The notes: generated by a model from the sequence alone, not told the origin. DNA of 64,000 nucleotides from Bugula neritina (GCA_964035545.1 OZ037769.1:15220633-15284632); one strand, 5' to 3'; shown: positions 38,060 to 62,738, numbered from the stretch's first letter. Program-made: numbers and translations.

Positions 38060-40557
38060 TTCTCTCTGTAAGAATACAATCTATATTATATTGACTTACA
38101 TGCGGCAGTTCTTTAATAACAGAACATAATCATGGAAAAAAGACATCAATGCTGTTCCTCTGAGAGTAAGGCAGCAAGGCTTTGGTTCAATAGTCACATT
38201 TTCTATAAAATAGCAAGCAGGGGCACAACGGACCAATTTTGGAGTTTTTTGCTCTCATTCGTTTATTTTCAAGTTACTAGTTCAATAATATCTAGTCTTA
38301 ATGCTGCATCTGTTGCCTATTACAGGTATCAGTTTGCTGTTTCTATCTCTCTCTCAACTTTTAGAATAATGACATTTTCATGATGAAAAAATTAGCCCAA
38401 CGTTCCCCGCGTCAGTGTGGCCCATTGTGTCACGTGTGGCCAAATGGAAAATATTTGTGGCTCAAGGAAAATTTATTTTAGATTTTGCTGTTATAAACTA
38501 GTAAAGCAATGTAGAGACAAGCATTGGCAACAACATGAGTAAAAGCTAGACTTGTTACCTTTGAATGTAAAAAGTTATGAAGCTTTAACTACATCTTAAA
38601 AAATTTTCAAAAAGTAGATAAAAACGGTTTTTGACTCGCCTCTTCAACATGTATGGTCCGCAAGTGTTGAAACTACAAAGGCTGAATAATTTTGCCATAA
38701 CAAATTTCTATTAAACACAAGTCACAACCTTAAGTCAATAAGTTTTCTGACAATTTGACCGGCTCTTTGTACCCCTATGACCGTTGTTTCCCCCCCCCCC
38801 CCCCCCGTTACCCATATTATTTTAAATTTCATTCAATTGGTGTTATTTAGCTTAAAATAACTTATTTCTGCTTAGGAAATAGTTTGTATATAAAAATATG
38901 GTGATAGTTTAGCAAGCAACTTTTTCCATTAATATATACATTTCTGTTGACTATCAAAATTACATTTCAATAATACGACGTTACGGGTTAAAATAAAAAA
39001 GAATTATCCCGCAATTCTCACCATAAAAGTTATTAGTAATTTCAGGGTTTTAGGCAATGCAATTTCAAAATAAATTTACTAATAATTGATATACTTCAAC
39101 ATAGTTTAAATTGATCAACCTGCTATAATTAAATATGCTTCATAATTTTGACTTGAAAAACGCAAAATTATATATGTGTATTTTTTGTTATAATCTAGCC
39201 ATATATTCAGCAATAAATGTAATTAATATAATGGGTAAGATATTTTTTATACATTATATACGTCTAACAATTAGGGATGGCTCAATATCAACATGAACTT
39301 GCATAGTTTTTTATAGTTTAATAGAGATAACAGACATCAAATTAAACATGCTCCTCAGCTATTTCCAAATTTTTAGTTAATTTTATATGAAAAAAATTTT
39401 TACCCACAAGCACTAAACTATAGTTATGCAGGAAAAAGTAATGTGTATATGCCAAGGCTGAGTTTTATCACAAATAGACAGTAAGAGTAATAAAAGCTAT
39501 ATACAATGGAAAATTATTGTAAATAATAATAGGTTTGCTAATCATGAGTGAAAAATATTTTAAAGATATTATATACTGCAGTCAAAGCAACTTTTGTATT
39601 AATGCATAATTGAAACACCTATAATATATTAGAGACAATTTTAACTTTAAAAAGCTTGTCTTGTTTCTTATAGCTTTTAAATTTTAGCAATACTTTGCTC
39701 AAAAGTTCGATCAATTAATGAGATTGCAGTTTCTTTTACACAAGAGTGTAAACACAAGCACTGTTTACAGACAAGCAACCATGCTTTATTTTATCATTTT
39801 TACAGATTTAAAACAAATAAAGATCTCAACACTAGCTGCCAATGTTTGAATGCCATGTTATAAGCTAGTTATGCAGTTTTGGTGAGTCAGTTAATAATTT
39901 GAATTTCCTGGTATATCAAATCAAAGTCAACAACTTGCCTAAAGAATTTTAGTAATTGATTACTTTTCATAGAACTCAAAAGAAAATCAACAAAATTTGA
40001 TGCCTTTATTTCATATATACTCACTCTTTTGGCAAAATACTGTTCTTCTGATGACATCATCATATCAGCATATACATCCATGATGGCTGAAAATATAAGA
40101 TTCAAAAAATAAAGCATGAATCAGATATATTTGAAAGTTGGCATATATAATAAACGTAAAGCGATTTCCTCTTTTTATGATTAAATAATAACAGAAAAAA
40201 AACTGAAATAGCAATCTTTAAACTTATAATAAATACACTTAAACATTTTACGTATATGTTTCTCAAAGTCTTACCATTTCTTAAAGCAGTTATAAACTGT
40301 GTATAAAAAAACAGAATCTTGTGCACTTATGCATGTCGCAGAAATAAATATGTGCAGATCTAAATCATTTTATAAATCTAAATTTGCAAGTGTTTTATAA
40401 TATTTATTTCTTTGAGTAAAAACCAACAGGATGCTGATTATGAATGGCATTAACTATCTATAATAAAAAATGAAAAGAAGTTTAAACAATATATTAGCAA
40501 TTGGTACAAAACTCGATGTTGGAGACTTGCAAATTTTTTTCTGATGTGTTTATAGCA

Positions 40558-40758
<201 letters not shown>

Positions 40759-40764
40759 TAAAAT

Positions 40765-41915
40765 GTAATAACAAAATAAGCACAGCTTTCACCTTCAAGT
40801 TTGTTAATTCAGTTGTCTGTATCTTGTACTTCCTTTTCCTGGAAGGACTTTCAAATTGACATCATATCTTTACACTGCGTAAAATAACAATAACATTGCT
40901 AATTTCACAATAATTCTTTAACGTTATCCAGGAAAAAAAGGTTTCTAATCTTAAAATGTTTGGCAGCGATGTCTTTTTTAAAATTGATGATATCAGACAT
41001 GCATTTATATACCATGACATAAAAGACACAATACTACATTATATATGTTACTTATAGTCTGTATAGGGATAGTATTTAATGTTTGGTTTATAAAAATACG
41101 AAAATAAATATTCAACAAATTAAATATAATAATATACAACGATGGTATGTTTTACCTTGTGGAAATTATTTCTGCATATAATGTGTGTTGAATGATCCCA
41201 GCTGAAACAGTGTTAGTATCACATATGCTTCTTCTTTTCAACTTCTTAATCTAATAAACTTATTCCACTCACTAACTTCTCACACTATATGAGTGGCTTG
41301 AAGCATCGTCTCACATCATGTGACGTGTTTATGGAGGAAAAACACTCCATATAAGGAGTGTTAACTCTACAGACGTACCTTGATAAGATTATTCTATTTA
41401 AAGAAGTATTCTGTAGGCTATGCATATTACAAAATAGTAAAGTTCAAAGGTTGAACAGTTTCATAACTGTTTTCCATTATTTGTAATGTTTCTGTATAAC
41501 ATAATGTAGTTATCTATAAACTGTATAGCAGGAATGTGTACATTGTAGACCTCCCATGTATATATAGTGATAACTCTCCGCATATTAATAACTTTAATCA
41601 GCTTTATATGTACAAACATGTGACAGATAATAAGAAGAGCTTAACATACCTTTTAGAATCTAAGATGGAGTTTAAATCTTTACTCTCCAGTTTTATCAGA
41701 GATCAAACAATTTCAAATATATTATACACGTTGGCAGCCCACAAAATGAATCTAGTTTATTCTCAATAAAATTATGCAATAACGAAATAAATTTCATTCA
41801 TTCTAATTTTGCATCACAAGTGTATAAATTTCATGCAACTAAACTTTAGATGAGATCAATTAGATTATTATGTGAATGGGTCACGTGACAATCAAACCAA
41901 TAAAAACCTATTGAA
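40765..41915. repeat. Segmental duplication, copy 1 (paralogous to 62838-64000)
   Basis: Collinear high similarity, e.g. ACCTTCAAGTTTGTTAATTCAGTTGTCTGTATCTTG and CATCATGTGACGTGTTTATGGAGG. Confidence 0.9.
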
Positions 41916-42199
41916 CCCAGTACTTTCTTGTCAACAAGAAACAAAATGTTGTAGATGACATAACAATTGAGTTTGATTTAGAGCAAACACATTTTTTGGG
42001 ACAACCAGGTGTGGGACTGTTAACCAAAACCTGAGGCTAAATTTCTTATCAGAGTATCTAACAATGCTGCTCACCTGGTTAGACTATATCATAACATAGG
42101 AACAACGACTTTTTTTTATCTTCATAACATTTGACTTACTCTCGCAAGTTTATATGTCTATATAGTCACCATCCGTGTGAGAAAGCTCCTGATGGAAAG

Positions 42200-42357
42200 A
42201 AAGGTTTTTGTTAAATCGGGCTAAGGACTTATATTCATATGTGGCACAGGAACAATTACGACTGAATGCTCTTCCTATAAACATCACCAATGGCTTTTTT
42301 CAGATTTGAACTCATGACTTTGTGCATTTACTAACCCCTTATAGACCACGGCTGCTC
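42200..42357 (-). mobile_element. Possible tRNA-derived SINE head
   Basis: Minus strand AGCAGCCGTGGTCTATAAGG (A-box-like) ... GAGTTCAAATC (B-box-like); 3' boundary unknown. Confidence 0.35.
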
Positions 42358-42796
42358 CTTCTCCATAATATTTAACTGTTGACGCACTATGTATAATATA
42401 AGTACATGCAAATATATTTGAAGCATTTGTATTATATATAAGAAAGCATTTGCTGTTATCTAGTTATACTTATATAAGTAATTATTTTCATAAATTGGGA
42501 AACCCTAGTGCTTTCTCTCCCAAGCCTAATTATAGTTCATCGTGCTATGCATATATTCCATGACTCACAGAAATCAAATAGTCAATCATCACGTGATGCC
42601 TCTATACAATGTTTCTTTTGTTGCTAATACGGTCTCGTGATCAATAAAGTCTCATGATCAATCAATTCACATGATAAAAGACTTGATAGCACTGCAGATT
42701 GCATTCACAATGAATTGAATATAACTATTGAATGCATTTACCTGTTAAAACTCAGAATATATAGTTTAGCAAGCAGTAGAGCAATACACAGTCACT

Positions 42797-44544
42797 ATGT
42801 CAAGATACCTGAGCGTATTGGTAATCACCTTGGTGGTTGCTGTTAGCACTTCTCCAGCCCACCAAAGTGAGAGAGTGTGTACACCAGAGCAGTGGGAGGC
42901 TGTAGTGGTTGGAAAGGTGGCAGAGCAATCACAAGGAAATTTCTACATTATCGATGTGGTTGGAAAGGCAGCGGCTGACTATGGAAGAGGAGTGATTGGT
43001 CTGTCAGAGAGTGTCTTCTCCCAAGGGCAGTATGTTGGTAGCTATCTCTATCTGAACACAAAGGTGAGATAACTACAGGTACAATCTTGTAAAATTAGAC
43101 ACAGCTCTGCCACTTTCTTGAAATATAGCTATTTTTAACAAATCAAGTCCACATTACTTTTTTTTCTTGTTAAGTGAATTATTTTGACATTTTGCTCCGC
43201 TTATGCTTATAATTGTTTGGTACTTATAAATTAGAGATAGTAAACTGTTCATGATGGTTGATATTATTGCATAAACTGATCAACACTAATCCACATCCTT
43301 TTATTTATCCTAATTTTGTTTATACAGTATAAACAAGGAATAATGCCTGCTGCTATCACTGATAACATTTCATCAACTTAAACTGCTCGTAGCAAATCAT
43401 CCGGCATTCACTTGAAAATGTTATGAGAAAAAGAATTAACACCGTACGTTTTAAGCTGTTTAGTTATATAGTGCAAAAGCAACAGCTACAGCAAAACTAT
43501 ATGGAGAACCATTTTACTTCCTGTTGTAGTCTGCATCATACTTGGCAGATGTAGTGAACAAAAACTGTCAGAAGTTGCCACCAGTCACAGTGAATCAACC
43601 TTGTTCAAACAGCAGTAAGTGACTAGCCAATCAAGTTAAAGTTAGGTTTCTCCCAGGTTTCGATTGTGAGAGTGGGGTGGGTTCTATTCATTGGCTTACT
43701 AACTGTTCTAGATAATTAATAAATCAATCTATTTAATACACTCAAAGAATACATATGTATAACATATAGGCACTATATAGCTTTCGCTCTTAACATGCAA
43801 CTTTTTCCATTTTTGTCTAAAGCTGTTGCCCGAGTAACCAAATACATTTAGAGGGTTCGTTTTAGTGAATTTTATAAATACTGTGGATCTCGCGCACATA
43901 ACTTTTATATTCTTCAGGCTGGCTGACTTACAGAACCTCCTGGTTGGTTGGAGGTACCCAGTGGAGTGACACCTACCAGTACAACAACGGATCCAGTAAG
44001 ACTACCGTCACCGTCATGAGAGACAACTTTGCTATGATTTCTGAAAATGTAGAGCATGTGATAGGAGGTGGTGAGTGACATTTCTATGGTATACTTCAAG
44101 TATTTATTTGAACCTTAAATTTCTTATAGAAGGAAACGAATTATCCAGCCAGTTAAAATAAATGTAAACATCTGTGATAAATTTGTTCCACTAGTTTCTA
44201 ACATTTTTGATGCTCCATCAATATAATTTTAAAAAGCTTTTATTACCCAGTTGCACTGATAATTTATATTGCTGTATGCATGACAATATAAATAGCTTGA
44301 CTTTCCTTATTTGCAGTAGTTTACACTGTTTTATCTTTATATAAATATCATTGGTCTAAATTTTCAAGTGGTTTTTATGTAAACATTACAATCACTCCTG
44401 TTTGTCTCCACCTGCATTCAGTACTCCATTCCTATATTTTTATATCTTGTAGTTCCACAGCTGGTGACACTACAATATGGAAACATGACTAAAGGAATCA
44501 CAGATCCGAGTATCTTCAACATACCCAGTTATTGCAACATCTAA
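42797..44544 (+). CDS. Ependymin-related protein (EPDR), 198 aa, 4 exons
   Basis: Exons 42797-43063, 43530-43614, 43918-44070 and 44453-44544 with matching phases; signal peptide; CTPEQWE; C-terminal YGNMTKGITDPSIFNIPSYC ependymin signature. Confidence 0.9.
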
Positions 44545-45010
44545 ATTATGATACTGGAATTATAGTATGATAATTGAGCGTCAAGTGGTGACAAATTCTA
44601 TTTTCAAATTATATTGCACCAATATGTTTTAGAGTTATCTACTCAGTAAGACAGTTGCCCTGAAGGATCTAATACTTACAAACTATTTAATTCCAATGCC
44701 TTAATATAATTTCGCATATTTTATATTGTCTTATCTACATTCTAGCAGCAAATCATCTTTTCTCATACCATAAATAAAAATTATCTTCTTTGCTGCCACA
44801 GCTGACTTGTGTTACTAACTATATATAAACCATCAGCAAACCATAATAATATAATATGCTGTTAGGTACTTTGTTATTCTGAAACTTGAATAAAGTTTTA
44901 AGCAAACTTTCAAATACTAACCATCCTGTTCCTTACTAAAATATCTTGAGATTAGCCATTCCAAGAGAGTAAATTTATATTTATAATATAATATAACACA
45001 TATATATATA

Positions 45011-45058
<48 letters not shown>

Positions 45059-45061
<3 letters not shown>

Positions 45062-48052
45062 ACAGAAAGACCTGAGAGAAGAAGTGCAATCATTTCATCT
45101 GAACTACAGAAGTATGGCATTGACATTGCAGCACTGAGTGAAATCAGATTCAAAGATACCGGTAACATTCGTGAAGAGTCAGGCTACACCATTTATTGGA
45201 GTGGCAAAACTGCATCTGAGCGCAGTGAGTCAGGCGTGGCTCTTGCTATCAGGAACGAACTTGTTTCGAGACTAATCGAAGAGCCAAAGGCTATAAGCGA
45301 CAGACTGATGTCACTCAGGGTTCCTCTGTCTGATGAGCGATGGTGCACTGTGATAGCTGTCTATGCTCCCACGATGACAAACAGCCAAGAAAACATCAAC
45401 AGATTCTATGACCAACTGAATCAGGCTCTAAGATCAGTCCCAGCAGCTGATAAGATCTTACTCATGGGGGACTTCAATGCTAGGGTTGGACAAGATCACT
45501 CAACCTGGCCCGGTGTGATAGGCAAGTATGGCTGCGGAAACCTGAACTCCAATGGTGAACTTCTGATCTCAGTCTGTAGTGAACATCAACTGTGCATTAC
45601 CAACACCTTCTTCAAGCATAAACCAGCTCACAAGTTTTCTTGGATGCACCCGAGAAGCAAGAACTGGCATCTCATCGACTTTGTTATCACACGACAACGA
45701 GATCTACCAGACATTCTGGACACAAGGGCGATGAGAGGGGCAAATTGCAGTACTGACCACATCATGATCGGGTCAAAAGCTAAGCTCAGAGTGAGGAGAA
45801 AAATGAAGAAAGGGAGAACACCTTGCCAGAAGCTGGACGTTTCTTGACTTAAGAATGAGGAAGTAAGACAAGAACTGGAAAAGTCCCTTGCTGGGAAACT
45901 GAACTCTGCTCCAGAGGGCGTAGAGAATAAGTGGAGAGCATTCAAAGAGATAGTTTATGCAGAGTCAAAAGTGCACCTCGGCACTGTCAGCAGGAAGCAT
46001 GAGGACTGGTTTGACGAGAATAATGATGAGCTTCAAGAACTCATCCAGAAGAGAAACAAGGCCAGAGCAGACATGTTAACCAGGAATACTCGCTCGAACA
46101 AGTCAAAGCTTAGAATGGCTGGCAGAAAACCCACAGGAAGATGCAGGGAGCTCAAGAACGACTGGTGGTTGGCAAAAGCTGCTGAACTGCAACGGTTTGC
46201 TGACACTAACGACATGAAAGGCTTTTACCAAAGCACGAAAACTGTTTGGGGTCCAAGAGTGAGTCATCCTGACCAGCTCCTGGCCAGTGACAGCTCAGCA
46301 CTCCTGACAGAAAAACAAGATCTTCTAGCGAGATGGACAGAGCATTTCAGCAAGCTACTAAACGAGACTCCAGATATTGATGACAACATCATTGAGAACC
46401 TGAGACAAGCTCCCATTCAGGACTGGATGGACGATTGCCCAGATATTGAAGAGATCATCAAGGCAACTTCGATGCTAAGTGAAGGGAAATCACCTGGCTC
46501 TGATGGTATTCACCCTGAGGTTATCAAAAGGGGAGGGCTCAAACTAATAAGTACTCTCCATGAGATAATAAAGGAGGCATGGAAAACTGCTGTAGTCCCT
46601 CAAGATTGGAAAGATGCCCAACTTATAACCATCTTCAAAAAGGGTGATCGGAAACTGTGCGGTAACTACAGAAGTATCTCCCTGCTCTCAATTCCCTGTA
46701 AAGTTTTTGCTTGTGTCCTTCTAAATAGACTGACATCATATGCAGAAAACTTCCTACCCGAAACTCAGTGTGGATTCCGTAGTGGAAGGGGAACAGCAGA
46801 CATGATATTTGCACTGAAGCAGATACAGGAAAAATGCATCGAGCAAAATATGCCCCTGTACATGGTCTTCATTGACTTCACCAAAGCGTTCGATTTTGTT
46901 GATCGGGCGACCCTGTGGAAGATCTTGCAGAAACTCGGTTTTCCCTGTCACTTCACCAATCTTATCAGTGCTCTCTATACTGGCATGAAGGCCTCAGTCA
47001 AGCTGAAGGAGGAGTTATCTGAGTCGTTCCAGGTCAACAATGGTGTGAAACAAGGATGTGTGTTGGCTCCAACGCTATTCTCTATTTTCTTATCGGCTGT
47101 TCTACAGCACGCATTTGAAAACTGTGATAAAGGCGTCTGGATTCAAAGTAGACCTGGAGCTGATCTGTTCAATGTGAACCAATACAAGTCAACAACAAGA
47201 ACACAGAAAGTATTGGTTAGAGAACTCATGTTTGCTGACGACACTGCCTTCATTGCACACAGCCATGGCGATGCACAGGAATTAGTCGACAGATTCGCCA
47301 GAGCTTCCAAAGCTTTTGGTCTGAAGATCAATATCAAGAAAACGGAAACGCTCTACCAACCGGCACCTGGAGCCCATGACAGTGGTGACAGTATCTGCAT
47401 AGATAATGAAGACCTTGCCAACGTCAATTAGTTTAAATATCTTGGGTCTACAGTGATGTGCAACAACAAGATGGATGAAGAGATTCATACAAGGATGTCC
47501 AATGCTTCAATCTCATTCGGCAGACTAAAGACCAAAGTGTGGTACAATAAGGATCTGTCATTCAAGACCAAGTGTACAGTGTACAGAGCCATTGTCCTGT
47601 CCTCTCTGCTCTATGGAGCGGAGGCCTGGCCTGTATACAGGATAGCCGCTCACAAATTCAACACCTATATGATGAGACATCTACGCCAGATCTTGAACGT
47701 GAAGTGGTGGGATTTCATCTCGAATGAGGAGACTCTAGCACAGGCAAACCTACCCAGCATGTATGAACTACTCATTCAAAAAAACCTGAGATGGGCTGGT
47801 CATGTGCATCGAATGGATAACTCTAGATTACCTAAACAAATTCTCTATTCACAACTGAAAGAAGGCACCCGTGGTGTTGGCAGGCCGCGACTGAGATTCA
47901 AAGATACCGTTAAACGCAATCTAAAAGACCTGAAGATCCCTATTGGTAGCTGGCAATCTCTCAGCAAAGACAGATGTAAATGGAGGACCATGATTCACCG
48001 GAAGTCATCTTCAGACACGAAGGACAGCTAATGATGATGATGATGATGATGA
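45059..48052 (+). mobile_element. RTE-clade LINE (APE + RT), 5' truncated, two in-frame stops
   Basis: IAALSE, GDFNARVG, IDFV, TDH; KSPGSDG, NYRSISLL, QCGFR, FIDFTKAFD, GVKQG, FADD; RWAGHV.RM; (TGA)n tail; set in (TA)n. Confidence 0.93.
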
Positions 48053-48095
48053 TATATATATATATATATATCATCATCATAACATATATATACAC

Positions 48096-57143
<9,048 letters not shown>

Positions 57144-58230
57144 AAAACACAATTTATAGCAGATGCATGAAGTTGTTGTTGGGTGGCTATACTTTATAGG
57201 TATTAGGATATTATTTACTATAGTACATAAAATATAAATAGGTTACAGAGTTTCTAGGTTTTGTGGTTGCACAGTAAGAATTTTTTGAGTGTCGGCAGGT
57301 TGATAAGAGTTTGTTTCGTTTGTTTAAAGTACACATGTTAGGTTTGTATAAAATAAAGAAACATTCCCATAGGCATAAATTACACCTTTTGGTAATTGTG
57401 TTGTATGGTTTCGCTTTCTTTAATATTTTCCAAATTATCTTGTGTTTAATGTTTTTGTTAGTTGCCAAATGTATTTGCTAAGCTCTGTTTGATTTGCTTT
57501 CTGTTGTTTTTGAATGATGATTTGTGGTTTGCGTATCTTAGTTTGAACGGTCCTTCACTCAGGCCAATGTATGTTGCAGGTTCGTTTTCGGTGGTGTCTA
57601 CAGTTGCTTGGTATATTATTCTGCTCTCCTGACAGTTTCCTTTCAGTGGACAACTTTCTTTTTCTCTGCAGTTGCAGTTTTTTCTGGGGGTTTTGTTTTG
57701 TTGCTTTTGTTTCTCTAAAATTCTGTTATTGTTGGCGTTTATGGTCTGTTTTATGTTTGGCATGCAGCTGTAGCTAACTTTTATATTGTTTTTGTTGATT
57801 ATTTTGTAGAGTGGATGTTGTTCTAGAAATTCTTCATTCTTAATTTTAAAGAATTTCTTTGCAATTTTTGTGGTTACATGTTGGCTGTACGGTGGATTGA
57901 ACCAAACAACTTTTTTTTTTCAGTTTCAAGATTATTGTTGTGTGTTGATTGTGTAAAAAAATTTTCATTAGTTGACATTGACGACAGTCGCTTATTAACG
58001 GAAGAGGATAGGTTGGAGATTATGCTTGGTGGGTGGTTGGATTTGCTATGGATGTATTTAGTTATAGAACTGTTAGGATTAGTGTATGGTGTGTAGGTTT
58101 TGTTGTTTAGGTTGGGCGTGGTGTCTAAGAAATTGATAGTTTTTTTATTTGATTCGATTGTTATTCTTAAGCCATTTTCTGAGAACATTTTGCAGATATC
58201 TTTGCAGATTGCTGTGCTGCAGAGACACTG
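57144..58230 (-). mobile_element. Penelope-like element fragment (RT C-terminus + GIY-YIG), frameshifted
   Basis: GLRITIE...[38 protein letters not shown]. Confidence 0.85.
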
Positions 58231-59015
58231 CTTCCTGCTTTTGCACAAATAATGAGTCATGAATTAGGCAATCCCGGAATTCACCTATTTCTTGGCAATG
58301 ACCTAATTGATTAGTTGCGAAGCGTCATTGTAAAAAATACTTGGGCTCAAAGTACACTGTCTTCTAGAACAGCCTACTGCGCTGTAGTGATGCATGGTCT
58401 GAAGAGTCACCTAGCTATACATTTTTAACTTTGGAGACTGTAACCTGGTAACACTGCTGCATTATAGGTCGAAAGCCAAAGAGGCATTCTAAACAACCAA
58501 GTTAGAGACTTTGGAATTGATTTTTTTTGCCAGGAAGCTCAGGAGAGTAACAATATAATATTATATAGGAGGAAATTGTAACAGTGCATTTCATCTAAGT
58601 TTAGAAAGATATTAAGGAGAAGAGATTAAGCATGCAATCTCACGGTACCAATATCCACAAAGACGCTGCAGCAAAACCATCATTTGCCATTCAAACCATT
58701 AAGACCATCAGCAAATTAGGTGAATAACTACAGGAGCACCATTTCTTTGGTGCTCATGCTTCACACCAAAGCTATTCATTCACAAAGAGACCCATGACAA
58801 TTGGTCGAAACTATTGCCAGCGTGAATTTTTATTGAGTCAATCTACTGAATCTTTTGCTGAGGGAATAAAAAAAATGGTACTAATTAAGTTGACAAAAAG
58901 TGTATTTACTTGCCAACAAATTATGTTGAGAAATGAAAAAAGTCAACTCTCTATAATAACTCGATTACAACTTGACTTATAGCAAAATAATTTTTACTCT
59001 GTTTAAATCACTCAC

Positions 59016-60465
<1,450 letters not shown>

Positions 60466-61091
60466 CTTTAAGGAAACTAATAACTGCATTAATATATAAT
60501 TGTAATACAACATGTATTCAAGTAGCACACTAAGACTTATAGTAGTTGCCATTACACAACCTCAAAGTAAATGACTTTTAATTTGCTATGATAAAAAGTG
60601 TTGAGGTAATAAAGAGCATGGTAATAGCACGCAATGTTATAATCATAATCACAATGCTATTACTAAAAACTTTCTTTTTATTCATAACTACAGCTATTGC
60701 ATGTAGTCTTTTCAGTCGCAATATTTATTATTTGATTACAATGATTGACACAGTATTGGCACAATTAGCATGCGCGCGCCAGCTCTATAATTAGCATAAT
60801 ATTCTGTACACTATATAATCTATCTAATAGGAAAAATAGAAGTTTTCACACAATAAATTTTTTTGGACATTATAATATTTGATGTATGCATTTTTTCATT
60901 TTATAAGTAGATTTATTTTAATTGCTGAACTTAAAATTTTGCTATATATATATATATATGCAATGCTCGTGACTCCTAGGTGACCCCTAGAGTCACTTGA
61001 GCACTCTGGCTTGAGTTTACACACTTTTTAAATATGCGTTAGTAAAACTATGAGTTTTACTATTGCGAAGGTGTGGGCCATGGTACTCTGT

Positions 61092-61138
61092 TCTGTGCTG
61101 ATGAGGGGACAAATCCCGAAACAGCTGCTGTCCACAGA
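61092..61138 (+). ncRNA. Type I hammerhead ribozyme
   Basis: TCTGTG-CTGATGA-GGGGACAAATCCC-GAAA-CAGCTGCTG-TC-CACAGA; predicted cleavage after GUC at 61132. Confidence 0.9.
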
Positions 61139-61362
61139 TTGAGATATTACGCTCTCATTTAATGCTCAGCAATGACATTAAATGATTGAGCACTCTCACC
61201 ATGGTCACAAACTCAAGCTGCTAGCATTTTGCAATGCCCGTGACTCCTAGGTGACCCCTAGAGTCACTTGAGCACTCTGGCTTGAGTTTACACACTTTTT
61301 AAATATGCGTTAGTAAAACTATAAGTTTTACTATTGCGAAGGTGTGGGCCATGGTACTCTGT

Positions 61363-61409
61363 TCTGTGCTGATGAGGGGACAAATCCCGAAACAGCTGCT
61401 GTCCACAGA
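61363..61409 (+). ncRNA. Type I hammerhead ribozyme (second copy)
   Basis: Identical to 61092-61138; predicted cleavage after 61403. Confidence 0.9.
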
Positions 61410-61414
61410 TTGAG

Positions 61415-61475
<61 letters not shown>

Positions 61476-61478
<3 letters not shown>

Positions 61479-62700
61479 CTCAATTACAATAGAAGCCAAT
61501 AAGAAAGTTGTAAGCTTCCTAGATGTAACGTTCAACCTAACTAACCAATCCTACAAACCCTATACAAAACCTGGAAACACTATCTTCTATGTACACAAGC
61601 AAAGCGACCATCCACCTGCAGTATTGAAAAACCTACCAGAAAATATAAATAAAAGACTTAGCTCACTATCCTCCAATGAGGAGGAGTTTAACACCATCAT
61701 ACAACCATACCAAGAAGCACTATCAAACAGTGAATATGACTATAAATTAAAATACAGCCCGACACCTAAATCCAACAACAATAATAAAAATAGGAAGAGA
61801 AACATATTGTGGCACAACCCACCTTTTAGCTCAACAGTGAAAACCAAAATAGGGAAGAAATTTCTTCAAATCATCGACAAATGCTTTCCACCATCCAACC
61901 AACTAAGTAAAATTTTTAATAGGAAAACCATAAAAATTAGTTATTCATACATGCCCAACATGAAAAATATTATTGATGGCTCGAACCAACACAAACTTGA
62001 AACTACACACATCCCTACTACCAATACTAAACTAAACGACACACAATGTAACTGCAGACAACCTTCCCACTGTCCATTAAATGGTAAATGCTTATACAAA
62101 AACGTAATATACCAAGCAACTGTGACAAGACATGACAATAATTCCAGCCATCCATATACATAGGACTCTGTTCAACTACCTTCAAAACCAGATTCAATAA
62201 CCATAAAGCCTCTTTCCTACATGCAGATAAAGCCAACAGCACGCAACTCAGCAGACACATCTGCATTCTAAAAAACAACACGAAATTCAGCCTAAAATGG
62301 AATATTTTAAAAATTTGTAAATCATACTCAAACCTAACCAACAGATGTAACTTATGCAGCTATGAAAAATATGTAATTTTAAAACAACCGGAATTATCCT
62401 CTCTCAACAAACGAAAAGAGCTTTCCAGCACGTGCAAACATAAACGCAGATTTTTACTTGCGCATTTAACAGACGCTAATTAAGACATTCCAGCGTAGCA
62501 ATACACAAACAATGGTAATTTCGAAACAAAGTCACTCAACCGTACACACAACGACCTGATGATCGTAGCTTGCACTACGTGAAACAATATTGTAGTCGAT
62601 AAAATGAATATATAAGTCCAAAATTGTATCAGTACCAAATATAAATATTCTATTTTTCGAAATATTGAGTTCTTTTGATTCATTTTTAATTATAGAAACT
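61476..62700 (+). mobile_element. 5'-truncated Penelope-like element
   Basis: FLDVTFNL, SDHPP, WHNPPFS, CNCRQPSHCPLNGKC, VIYQATV, YIGL, CNLC..EK; frameshift near 62150. Confidence 0.9.
62552..62598 (+). ncRNA. Minimal type I hammerhead ribozyme (Penelope pLTR)
   Basis: CGAC-CTGATGA-TCGTAG..CTACGT-GAAA-CAATATTG (palindromic stem III)-TA-GTCG. Confidence 0.85.
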
Positions 62701-62738
62701 ATATATATATATCCCGAAACAGCTGCTGTCCACAGATT

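Larger units (their letters stand above)
60960..61415 (+). mobile_element. Retrozyme-like 271-bp tandem repeat (~1.7 units) with hammerhead ribozymes
   Basis: Units start at 60960 and 61231 and are near-identical; flanked by (TA)n; non-coding and strongly self-complementary. Confidence 0.85.

Noticed and set aside
38098-38255. Open minus-strand exon upstream of the GTPase start
   Set aside because: Its splice phase puts it out of frame with the P-loop exon; likely UTR or uORF
38789-38806. Poly-C and poly-G runs (also 28860-28870)
   Set aside because: Homopolymers, probably within old repeats; nothing else supports a function
57144-57210. Hammerhead expected at the end of the 57144-58230 Penelope
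   Set aside because: No CUGANGA/GAAA core visible; the copy appears truncated
60960-61415. CRISPR-like or plain satellite reading of the repeat
   Set aside because: Eukaryotic context, no unique spacers or cas genes; the hammerhead explains the unit
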